Source of the DNA: a virus
Lineage: Duplodnaviria; Caudoviricetes
Strand: one strand, 5' to 3'
DNA: 58,277 nt
IMG/VR virus record: IMGVR_UViG_3300037493_003821
Span: 1 to 58,277 of that record
Positions 36,918 through 45,076 of this stretch are shown in pieces. The translations under genes were made by a program, and so were the position numbers. Below the pieces are notes generated by a model. It searched no databases, was not told the origin of the DNA, and worked only from the letters and a program-made list of their open reading frames with translations. How positions within the stretch are numbered: the first letter of the stretch is position 1; each line of letters starts with the position of its first letter.

Positions 36918-38792
36918 CTACCGCCCGCTATACACACTCCGCTGCTGTGTCCCGTATTTCCCTGCCGGATTGACCTTTTTCAAGTAGTCCTCCGGGTTGA
37001 ACGGCTTTGCTTCCCGCTTCTGCTCATATCCTGCAAGCCCGTTACGCATTGCCAGATGAATCAACAGACAGGCGGCATCAGCGTGATCCGGCGAACGGCG
37101 AATCCGTTCCTTCATGTCCTTCTTGCGCTCAATCGTCATGCGCTTCTTCTCGTCTGTCCCCATTTTACGGGCGCAGAGTTGCTTGGTGACGTTCGACTGA
37201 CTATTCATCCCGCCGACCGCCCTATTCATCACCGCAAGACGGGTAGTGCCCCAAATCTGGCATACCATGTTGGCAAACATCTCACGGGCCTTGCGCTTCT
37301 CGCCGGGAATCACAACCCGATTCTCTGCGATGCCGGAGAACGAGATAGCGTGAACGGTGAGGCTGTAAGACTGCTCGCGGGCTTCGCGCTCGATGTGCTG
37401 CAAAAGGATACCGCCGTCTCCGGTTACGTCCAAGGCGAGTTCATGGCAGCTTCGGCTGCGGCATTGCTCGATTACTAGCTTGGCGATCTGCACTTCAAAG
37501 GCTTCTTTCGATTGCTTCGGGGCAAGCGGCATCGCGTCCCGCTCCAAGGAAATCATGCGCTTGTAGCGTGCATCAATGTCGTCCTCATGCCTGCCGGAAC
37601 CCATTTTCCCGAATTGAATGACACAGGGATCGCCTCCTGCGCGGAAGCCAAGGTCGAGTCCTGCAATGGTGGATAGGTTGTTGTCCTGCCACACGATTTT
37701 CTGGAATGCACCGCAAGACTCCATCAGCTTTCCCGAAAGAACCTTGTCCGACACATCTACGGAAGGCGGGAATCCGTAGAACTGCTTCCAATACATCGGC
37801 GCGTCCTCGCCTCCTGCATCCGAAAGAATCTCTTTGCGGAAGTTCTCGTTCATCAGTCGCGGGAACGGTATCTTGCCTTCCTCTTTGAAGTTTGGTGACT
37901 TTGCGCCGTTGAAGTAAAGGCATAGACCTGATGAAGTGGGCCAGCTATCCACTGTGTCCTTGTCCAGCGATTTCCAGCCATCGGGATACTTGTCACCGAA
38001 AGGTGCGGCATCAATATACATCGGGTCGCCTTCTTCGGGTGCATTGCCTAGTCCGATGAATTGGGAAAACGGATTCGTGTTCAAGTTCACGCGAGCCGTC
38101 AATACGCCAACGTCCATAAACGGCATTTCGTCGCAAATCCACACCACGTTCGCGTTTTTACGTCCTACAATGGATGCGACTACGTTCTTACCCTCCTGCC
38201 CCGGCTTGATGTTGATGCACTTGATAACGTCACGGAAATCCCGCTCTTTCACGCCTTCCTCATCCCGCACTTCTTCATCTAGGGTAATCAGGTGGAGGGA
38301 ATCAATGCGCTTGCCGATTTTGAACTTGTCAGCCTTGTGCAAGTCCTTCACCGCGCCCCACGTTCTCGATTCGCCTGCTTCCGCTGATGTGGTGGATAGG
38401 AATACGGATGTGTTGAAAGGTCGCGCCTTCCAGATGGTGTAGGCGTAGGCGGCTGATGCTTGGGTTTTGCCCGATGAACCACAACCCATCAACAGCAGAC
38501 GGCGGGAGAAGCAGAACCCCTTCGCCATGCGGAACAGCCAATGGTTGAGGATGCCGTCATTCTCAAACTGAATCGTCTCCGGCCATTGCTGCATCCAGCA
38601 AAGGATCAGGAACTCGTATTTGAGCGGGTGCTTGTGCGGGAGTGCGCCGAATGTCGCCAGCAGGATTTCGTATTCCGTAGCATCCCGCCCCTCCTGCCGC
38701 CGAATATCCGGCGACAGGAGTTCCATTTGCTGCTCGTAGAGCGTTTCAGCGGCGGCAGAAGGTCGCCAGAGCTTTGTGATGCACGGTATCAA
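36918..38792 (-). CDS. terL: Terminase large subunit
   Basis: GSSGKT, VWICDE, GLGN, nuclease GLDLG..GGD, RSPDHADA. Confidence 0.88.
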   Translation of the reverse strand: MIPCITKLWRPSAAAETLYEQQMELLSPDIRRQEGRDATEYEILLATFGALPHKHPLKYEFLILCWMQQWPETIQFENDGILNHWLFRMAKGFCFSRRLLLMGCGSSGKTQASAAYAYTIWKARPFNTSVFLSTTSAEAGESRTWGAVKDLHKADKFKIGKRIDSLHLITLDEEVRDEEGVKERDFRDVIKCINIKPGQEGKNVVASIVGRKNANVVWICDEMPFMDVGVLTARVNLNTNPFSQFIGLGNAPEEGDPMYIDAAPFGDKYPDGWKSLDKDTVDSWPTSSGLCLYFNGAKSPNFKEEGKIPFPRLMNENFRKEILSDAGGEDAPMYWKQFYGFPPSVDVSDKVLSGKLMESCGAFQKIVWQDNNLSTIAGLDLGFRAGGDPCVIQFGKMGSGRHEDDIDARYKRMISLERDAMPLAPKQSKEAFEVQIAKLVIEQCRSRSCHELALDVTGDGGILLQHIEREAREQSYSLTVHAISFSGIAENRVVIPGEKRKAREMFANMVCQIWGTTRLAVMNRAVGGMNSQSNVTKQLCARKMGTDEKKRMTIERKKDMKERIRRSPDHADAACLLIHLAMRNGLAGYEQKREAKPFNPEDYLKKVNPAGKYGTQQRSVYSGR

Positions 38793-39655
38793 GAGAGTTT
38801 TGGATACTTGGCATCATAGACCATGTGAACGAGTTTGCGCAGGGATTTTCCGTTGGGGTTGATGCCGATCTTGAACGCTTCGGCTGCAACACCGTCCAGC
38901 CCCATAGCCATGATCTGCTTGAACTCCGGCGTCATCTGCGGGGCAATGCCCTTTGGACGAACACCAGGGGCAGGGAGCGCGGGATGAGTCGGTGGCGGGG
39001 TTGGTGCGGCTGCGGGTGCTAAGGCAGCGGGCGCGGGTGCTTCGTAGAACACGGGTGCAGGAGCAGCAGCGACAACTGGCGCAGGAGCAGGGTCTAATTT
39101 TGTCGGGACAACCGCCTTCTCCGCTTTCGGAACCACGGTTCCACTTTTCGTCTCCGGCAGCGAAGTTGGCCAAAGGATTGAGAAGGTTCCCGGCGTGAAT
39201 GGAGCAAACCATGCACCCTTCAAGCTGTTCAAGAACTCAATCCAGCTTTCGGGTTCGTAGTGATCGCTGTGCTGCGTCACCTTCATGTTCGCGGCTGGCG
39301 GATTCTTCACGAAGTCACCGAACACACGCTGAAAAGCGGATTCCTGCTCGGCGGCAGTCATCTTCTTGTAAGCGTTCTTCACGGATTCCGCTTTGTCGAG
39401 GATCGCGGCATCGAGCTTGAGCTTGTAGTTCTTTGCCCCTTCAAAGTCGAGACGGTCAGCACAGGCTTTCATCGCTTCGTTGATGTCGCGGATAGCAACG
39501 TCATGCTCCTTGGCGGCAGCAGCAGTATCTACGAGGACGGCAGGGCTGAACACCAGCCACACGCCTTCCGTGTTTAGTTTCTTGATTTCCCGTGATGCCG
39601 TGGCGAGCGCGGCGATGTCCTGTTGGGTTTGAGCGAGTAATATGATATTTTTCAT
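38789..39655 (-). CDS. Hypothetical protein with Pro/Ala linker
   Basis: Overlaps the terL start; ATG at 39655. Confidence 0.6.
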   Translation of the reverse strand: MKNIILLAQTQQDIAALATASREIKKLNTEGVWLVFSPAVLVDTAAAAKEHDVAIRDINEAMKACADRLDFEGAKNYKLKLDAAILDKAESVKNAYKKMTAAEQESAFQRVFGDFVKNPPAANMKVTQHSDHYEPESWIEFLNSLKGAWFAPFTPGTFSILWPTSLPETKSGTVVPKAEKAVVPTKLDPAPAPVVAAAPAPVFYEAPAPAALAPAAAPTPPPTHPALPAPGVRPKGIAPQMTPEFKQIMAMGLDGVAAEAFKIGINPNGKSLRKLVHMVYDAKYPKLS

Positions 39656-39739
39656 GTGAGGCGGGAAAAGTGACAAAAATGAATATATAGTTCAATCAGT
39701 TATTGACGGATACGAAGTAAAAGGGTAATTGCGTAACAA

Positions 39740-39973
39740 GTGAGCAAGCTACCCACATACGAAGAAAAGCCGATCCCGACAAGGGTTCCGATTACCAGCT
39801 TCGGTGAGATCATTGATCCGCGCCTTGCGCTGACACAGTGTAAAAGCGGATTCTCGTTTGTGGTGGATACGCACAAGTTTCGGCAGCGGGTTATTGGGTA
39901 TGCTCGCAGACTTGGCATTGAAGTGAGAACCGCGAAGAACGGCACGGGAAGATTCGACATCTGGCGTATATGA
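39740..39973 (+). CDS. Small putative DNA-binding protein
   Basis: GFSFVV...YARRLG..VRT...IWRI; follows TATTGACG at 39701. Confidence 0.55.
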   Translation: MSKLPTYEEKPIPTRVPITSFGEIIDPRLALTQCKSGFSFVVDTHKFRQRVIGYARRLGIEVRTAKNGTGRFDIWRI

Positions 39974-40794
39974 AAACTATCTGGACGCACAACCATTTCA
40001 ACCTTGGCGACAATCTGCTGTTCCTGCATCTGCTTCGCTCGATTGCAAAGTCGCATCCCGATCATTGGTTCGTCCACTTCTGCGCAGGTTGTCATGCAGA
40101 TGCGCTGCGAGACATGACACGCGACATTCCTAACATCCTCATTGATACCTTCGACATGAGAAGCCTATGGGATAACGTGAAGGACGTTTCGATTGATACG
40201 TGGAAGAACGCAGGCGCGGGAAACGGCAAGTTGGGGTTTTGGGAGCGCAGTCAATTCCGTTGGGACTTCTCCAACTTCTACCTTGAGCATCACGCATGGA
40301 CGGCAAGACGGATGGGCTTTAAGTCGCCATTCGTGATCAAGGAGCATCTGCTTTTTGATTATCCGGGGCTGGAGAATAAAGGCGATTACGTGTTCGATTT
40401 CCTAATCATCAATTCGGAGCCGTGCAGCGGTCAATTCGGCCCCATGAAGCAGCACGGAAGCGGCTATCTGGATGAACTGATACTCGACTTGGCGAAAAGG
40501 CATCGCGTGATTACGACAAACAAAGTCGGCAATCTGCCATGCACCCGCGCACCATTTGTCGCTGATCTGAGCATCACGGAGATCGGTCAAATGTCCTCGC
40601 GCTGCAAACATCATCTTATGGTCGCATCCGGCCCTATGTGGCCCACCATCAACACGCACAACAACCACGACAGAAGCGGCAGGATGCGAATCGCGCTACT
40701 GGATAACGGGGAACAACTGAATCTGCCAGAAATCCATCAATGCGCGACAGTGGATGAAGCGCGACAACTCTTATGCAGGGAAGGACTGTTATGA
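39970..40794 (+). CDS. GT-B (GT9/GT11-like) glycosyltransferase-like protein
   Basis: N-terminal HFNLGD; C-terminal VASGPMW. Confidence 0.55.
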   Translation: MKTIWTHNHFNLGDNLLFLHLLRSIAKSHPDHWFVHFCAGCHADALRDMTRDIPNILIDTFDMRSLWDNVKDVSIDTWKNAGAGNGKLGFWERSQFRWDFSNFYLEHHAWTARRMGFKSPFVIKEHLLFDYPGLENKGDYVFDFLIINSEPCSGQFGPMKQHGSGYLDELILDLAKRHRVITTNKVGNLPCTRAPFVADLSITEIGQMSSRCKHHLMVASGPMWPTINTHNNHDRSGRMRIALLDNGEQLNLPEIHQCATVDEARQLLCREGLL

Positions 40795-41318
40795 CATACA
40801 AGGAATCTTTGACAAATCAGATGAACTCGTTCGCCCGCGATCCGCTTGCCCGCTTTGTCGGCTACGGACTGCTCAACGGCAAGGGCGGCAATGGAACGAT
40901 GAAGGAAATCACGAATGACAAAATCTACGAAGTCACGGTTGCCGAGAACCTGATGATGGGCATGGCAATGGGACTGGCGTTAAAGGGACTTCGGCCAATG
41001 GTGATACTTGAGCGATTCGACTTCATCGGCAACTGCTTCGATGCGCTGGTGAACCACATTGATAAAGCGGCAATCATCAGCCGTGGTCAATGGACTCCCG
41101 GAGTAATCGTTCGCGTGGTTGTCGGGAATAGCCGGAAGCCGCTATTCACTGGCGCAACTCATACACAGGATTTTACGGAAGCGTTTCGCAAGATACTTCG
41201 GATGCCCGTGTATCGGGTGACAACGCCTGACGAGGTTGCCGCTGGATACGAGGCAGCAATCGCAGATCAGAAGCAGAATCGCAGCACGATGATTGTAGAA
41301 CTGAAAGACAACCTATGA
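40791..41318 (+). CDS. TPP enzyme E1-beta / transketolase pyrimidine-binding domain only
   Basis: VAENLMMGMAMGLALKGLRP...FDF...LVNH, THTQD. Confidence 0.85.
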   Translation: MTYKESLTNQMNSFARDPLARFVGYGLLNGKGGNGTMKEITNDKIYEVTVAENLMMGMAMGLALKGLRPMVILERFDFIGNCFDALVNHIDKAAIISRGQWTPGVIVRVVVGNSRKPLFTGATHTQDFTEAFRKILRMPVYRVTTPDEVAAGYEAAIADQKQNRSTMIVELKDNL

Positions 41319-42355
41319 AGGCGGCAATCCTCACACAACTGAACTCGCCCTTAGAGATATGGGACATCGAACACGCATCAACTTCATTCGGCAAAACCTG
41401 CGCCACTGGACAGGTGCGCGTGGAAATGCTGATGAGCGGCATCTGCGGTAGCCAGCTACAAGAGATTGCAGGCAACAAGGGCAACGCTGGATTTATGCCG
41501 CACCTTTTAGGTCATGAGGGATGCGGGATAATCCGCGAAGTCGGGGCTGGCGTGAATGTGCAGATGCTTGGGAAGAAGGTTGTCTGCCACTGGCGCAAAG
41601 GCGAAGGCAGCGATGCCTATCTTACTGCCCGTTACGAGACGAGCGGCGGCAAAACCCTTGGAGGCGGTCACGTAACCACGCTCTGCGAATCAGCCGTGGT
41701 CAGCCGCAACCGTGTTACCGTTGTTGACGACGATGTTCCGATGGAGCTATGCGCGTTGCTCGGATGCGGACTCAGCACGGCACTAGGAACCGTGGAGCAG
41801 GAAGCCAAGTTGAAGTTTGGCGAGAGCATCCTGATCATCGGGTGCGGTGGTGTGGGGATGAATCTTATACAGGCAGCTAAACTATCTTGCGCATACCCGA
41901 TTGTCGCCTGTGACGTTAATGAGGATAAAAGGTCAGCGGCAATGTATAATCAAGCCACCCATTATATCAACATAAGCGAACCATTTGAGCATCCAGTGGA
42001 GAAGTATGACGTAATCGTGGATACTACGGGCAACATCGAAGCGATTGAAGGCGCGATACAGCGGCTCGCCAGTGGCGGCAGATTTATCATGGTCGGGCAA
42101 CCGAAGCCGGGGCAGTCCTATCGCGTGTTGTCTGCTCTCGATATGTTCTTTGGCGAGGGAAAGACGATTATCGCTACGCAGGGTGGCGGGTTTCGCCCTC
42201 ATCTTGATATTCCGCGCTACGTGAATCTGTGGCGTGCGGGGTTGCTGGATTTGACGGGAACGATTTCGCACAAGTTGCCGCTGGAAAAGATTAACGATGG
42301 AATAGACCTAGTTCGCAACGGATTGGCTGGCCGAGTAATGATTTCACTGAAATGA
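41315..42355 (+). CDS. Zn-dependent medium-chain alcohol dehydrogenase
   Basis: GICGSQ, GHEGCG, LLGCG, GCGGVG. Confidence 0.9.
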   Translation: MKAAILTQLNSPLEIWDIEHASTSFGKTCATGQVRVEMLMSGICGSQLQEIAGNKGNAGFMPHLLGHEGCGIIREVGAGVNVQMLGKKVVCHWRKGEGSDAYLTARYETSGGKTLGGGHVTTLCESAVVSRNRVTVVDDDVPMELCALLGCGLSTALGTVEQEAKLKFGESILIIGCGGVGMNLIQAAKLSCAYPIVACDVNEDKRSAAMYNQATHYINISEPFEHPVEKYDVIVDTTGNIEAIEGAIQRLASGGRFIMVGQPKPGQSYRVLSALDMFFGEGKTIIATQGGGFRPHLDIPRYVNLWRAGLLDLTGTISHKLPLEKINDGIDLVRNGLAGRVMISLK

Positions 42356-42984
42356 ACCTGCATACCAAAGAATCACTGATCGCCTTTGAAAACCGAATCA
42401 AGGGCTTATGGGAAGAAGGAGAACTGCCTTCCTTGTTGCACTTATGCGGCGGCAACGAGGACGAGCTGATCGAGATTTTCAAGCGCATCAATCACGACGA
42501 TTGGGTGTTCACCAGCCACCGAGCGCATTATCACTGTCTCCTAAAAGGGATGAGCGAGGAACAGCTTGAAAAGGAGATACGCGAGGATCGCTCCATGTTC
42601 GTGTTCAGCAAAGAACTGAAAATCTATCAGTCGGCAATCCTTGGCGGCACTTGCGGCATCGCGGCTGGCGTTGCTGCCGGAATCAAGCGGGCAGGCGGGA
42701 ATGAACGGGTGTGGTGCTTCCTCGGTGATGGTGCATACGAGAACGGGCATTTGTTTGAGGCCGCGCTATACGTTACAGGACATGAACTGCCATGCACGTT
42801 CATCATTGAGAACAATAACAGACAGGTGGATACCAGCATCAAGGACAGGCGCGGGGATAACTCGCTTTCCTTCTCCATGAACGCGCCATGTGTCGAGGAA
42901 TACTACTACGATCCAACGTATCCTCATGCGGGGAGCGGCTGTAAATCCATCATCACTTTCAATCGAACCACGCCTTTACTATGA
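42352..42984 (+). CDS. TPP enzyme E1-alpha-like subunit (short)
   Basis: HLCGGNE, SHRAHYH, GDGA...ENN TPP motif. Confidence 0.88.
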   Translation: MNLHTKESLIAFENRIKGLWEEGELPSLLHLCGGNEDELIEIFKRINHDDWVFTSHRAHYHCLLKGMSEEQLEKEIREDRSMFVFSKELKIYQSAILGGTCGIAAGVAAGIKRAGGNERVWCFLGDGAYENGHLFEAALYVTGHELPCTFIIENNNRQVDTSIKDRRGDNSLSFSMNAPCVEEYYYDPTYPHAGSGCKSIITFNRTTPLL

Positions 42985-43880
42985 AAACGCTCATCGGAAT
43001 AGTCTCATACGGTAACTTGCCCTTCCTGCAACTCGCTATTCGCGGCATCAAGGAAACACTGACAAAGGATGCCGATATTCTAGTGGTGATAGCCGATCCG
43101 AAGGACTTCAATATGGAGCATTGGTTGTCGGCTGGCATGATCAACTACATCAAAGATACCGAGAACATCGGGTTTGCTGGAAGTATCAACGACATCTTTG
43201 AGTATGCGTGGGTGAAGGGCGATTACGACAACGTGATCATAATGGGGAATGACGTTATCCCGTATCCCGGCGCACTCGATGCCATGATCAACTGCGCGGA
43301 AACAACCGATTGGGAATGGATATGCGCGTCACAGTTTGACTCGAAATCCCTTGTCGCTCGTTACCCCGAAGCCGCGCAATACTTCAAAGGCGAAACGCTT
43401 GAGTTCACAGACTTCGACGCAAGACCGTGGGAACTGCACAAGGAAATCCATGCACCGAACATTGAGCCGGATGCGCTGAAAGACGTTCGCAATCTCGCGC
43501 TATTCAAGCGTAGTGTATTCGACAAGACGGGATATACCGATGTGAACTTCTGGCCGAATGGTTATTTTGAGGATAACGATGCCGCGAGACGGGCAAACCT
43601 ATGCGGGGTGAAGGCGTGCGGACTCAGCGAGGCTGCATACTTTCACTTTTGGAGTCGCACTATCCATCAGGGCAGCGAGAGGAATCACGGCAAGTTCTTT
43701 GCCCGTAACAGTGGTCACTATGTCCATAAATGGGGCGGGCCTGTTGGCGGGGAGCGGTATTCACAGCCCTACGATGGTCGGGGATTCCTGTTGTCGCCTG
43801 ACATATTCCTTGATCCAGCGATGCGGATTGCAGACCGCAACGACGAGAGGACGATTATCCGGTATTGGTCAACGCTATGA
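42981..43880 (+). CDS. GT2 family glycosyltransferase
   Basis: IGIVSY, NIGFAGSIN, GND, YFEDND, HFWSRT. Confidence 0.85.
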   Translation: MKTLIGIVSYGNLPFLQLAIRGIKETLTKDADILVVIADPKDFNMEHWLSAGMINYIKDTENIGFAGSINDIFEYAWVKGDYDNVIIMGNDVIPYPGALDAMINCAETTDWEWICASQFDSKSLVARYPEAAQYFKGETLEFTDFDARPWELHKEIHAPNIEPDALKDVRNLALFKRSVFDKTGYTDVNFWPNGYFEDNDAARRANLCGVKACGLSEAAYFHFWSRTIHQGSERNHGKFFARNSGHYVHKWGGPVGGERYSQPYDGRGFLLSPDIFLDPAMRIADRNDERTIIRYWSTL

Positions 43881-44500
43881 TACCGAAAATCATTCATCAG
43901 ATTTGGATCGGGGATAAGATGATTCCTTCTAGGGAATTGAAGTGGTCGTCTGATATGGAGGAAATGAATCGCGGGTGGAAGCATCGGCTACACGGCAACG
44001 AGCTATTACAGCGATACAAGGACGATCCGTTCGTGAGATACATGGTCGCAAAGGGTGAGCGCATTGCCTTCATCACGGATCGCCTGCGCGTGCTACTGCT
44101 GCAAGAGGAAGGCGGAATCTACGTGGATGTGGACAGCCAGCCGATACGCCCATTTGACTCGATTGACGTATGGAATCGGTTCGACTTTGTAGCTGGATTG
44201 CGCTCGCCATTCCGAAAAGACGTAGCCCTTCATCGCGCTGTCCCGATTGTGGACAACACGTTAATGGCATCTGTTCCGAACGGCAGAATGATCGGGATTA
44301 TCGCTGCACTCTGGACACCCGCGCAAATTACTTCCGCCAACCACGCGATTAACGGTCATAGGACAGGGCTTGCAATTATCGAGAACTGCGATTACACGAC
44401 TTGTTTGCTTAACCATCGTTACATATATTGTGAGCAGAAATATCCAGAAACCTTGATATTACACGACACTCATAACCTTGGAACTTGGACTAAGAACTGA
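43877..44500 (+). CDS. GT32 (Och1-like DxD) glycosyltransferase
   Basis: IPKIIHQIWIG, DRLR..LL..EGGIYVDVD. Confidence 0.88.
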   Translation: MIPKIIHQIWIGDKMIPSRELKWSSDMEEMNRGWKHRLHGNELLQRYKDDPFVRYMVAKGERIAFITDRLRVLLLQEEGGIYVDVDSQPIRPFDSIDVWNRFDFVAGLRSPFRKDVALHRAVPIVDNTLMASVPNGRMIGIIAALWTPAQITSANHAINGHRTGLAIIENCDYTTCLLNHRYIYCEQKYPETLILHDTHNLGTWTKN

Positions 44501-44501
44501 T

Positions 44502-44786
44502 ATGCCACGCATCAAAAACAGATCAATGGTTCCGTCAATCCCGATTATATGGAGGAACGGGAAGCACCTTGTAGAATGGCGAACCGTCCATGAGACGTTT
44601 AATCAGTGGGTCGGCAAGGTGAACAACTACTGCGCGGCAAACGGCATCACCGCACCGACAGAGGATGAGTTGGACGAACTCGCCTGCACTCAATTTCCGC
44701 ATCACGTATGCACGGGAAACAGGAACTACCACGCGCCAGTAATGCACCGGAGCGGTGGTTGCTCAAGCTGTGGAGGAAAGCGATGA
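44502..44786 (+). CDS. Hypothetical Cys-containing protein
   Basis: Ends GGCSSCGGKR. Confidence 0.55.
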   Translation: MPRIKNRSMVPSIPIIWRNGKHLVEWRTVHETFNQWVGKVNNYCAANGITAPTEDELDELACTQFPHHVCTGNRNYHAPVMHRSGGCSSCGGKR

Positions 44787-45076
44787 TCGAGTTCCTGCTA
44801 CGCATCGTAATCGGGTGTCTCGTTATCACGGGCGCATGGGCGGCGTGTGGCAAGGATATGATTCTTGAGCCGATTGCCGATGCGCTGGAAGTGGTTCTGC
44901 CGAAGTGGTTCTGCAAGCCCCTGTTTCTCTGCCCTGCTTGTATGTCGAGCGTATGGGGCACGACTGTCTATTTTTACACGGGAGGAAATGGTTATCATTA
45001 CCCTCTCTACCTTTTCGCCCTATGTGGGGCAATGCACCTGATCTCCATCCATCTACTCTCCAATGAGCGACAATAA
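44783..45076 (+). CDS. Membrane protein with CxxC motif (DUF1360-like)
   Basis: Hydrophobic segments; KPLFLCPACMSSVWG. Confidence 0.6.
   Translation: MIEFLLRIVIGCLVITGAWAACGKDMILEPIADALEVVLPKWFCKPLFLCPACMSSVWGTTVYFYTGGNGYHYPLYLFALCGAMHLISIHLLSNERQ

Noticed and set aside
40791-42984. Functional pyruvate dehydrogenase AMG, or a phosphonate pathway
   Set aside because: Subunits are truncated and E2/E3 are absent; no PEP mutase is seen; the context is glycosyltransferases
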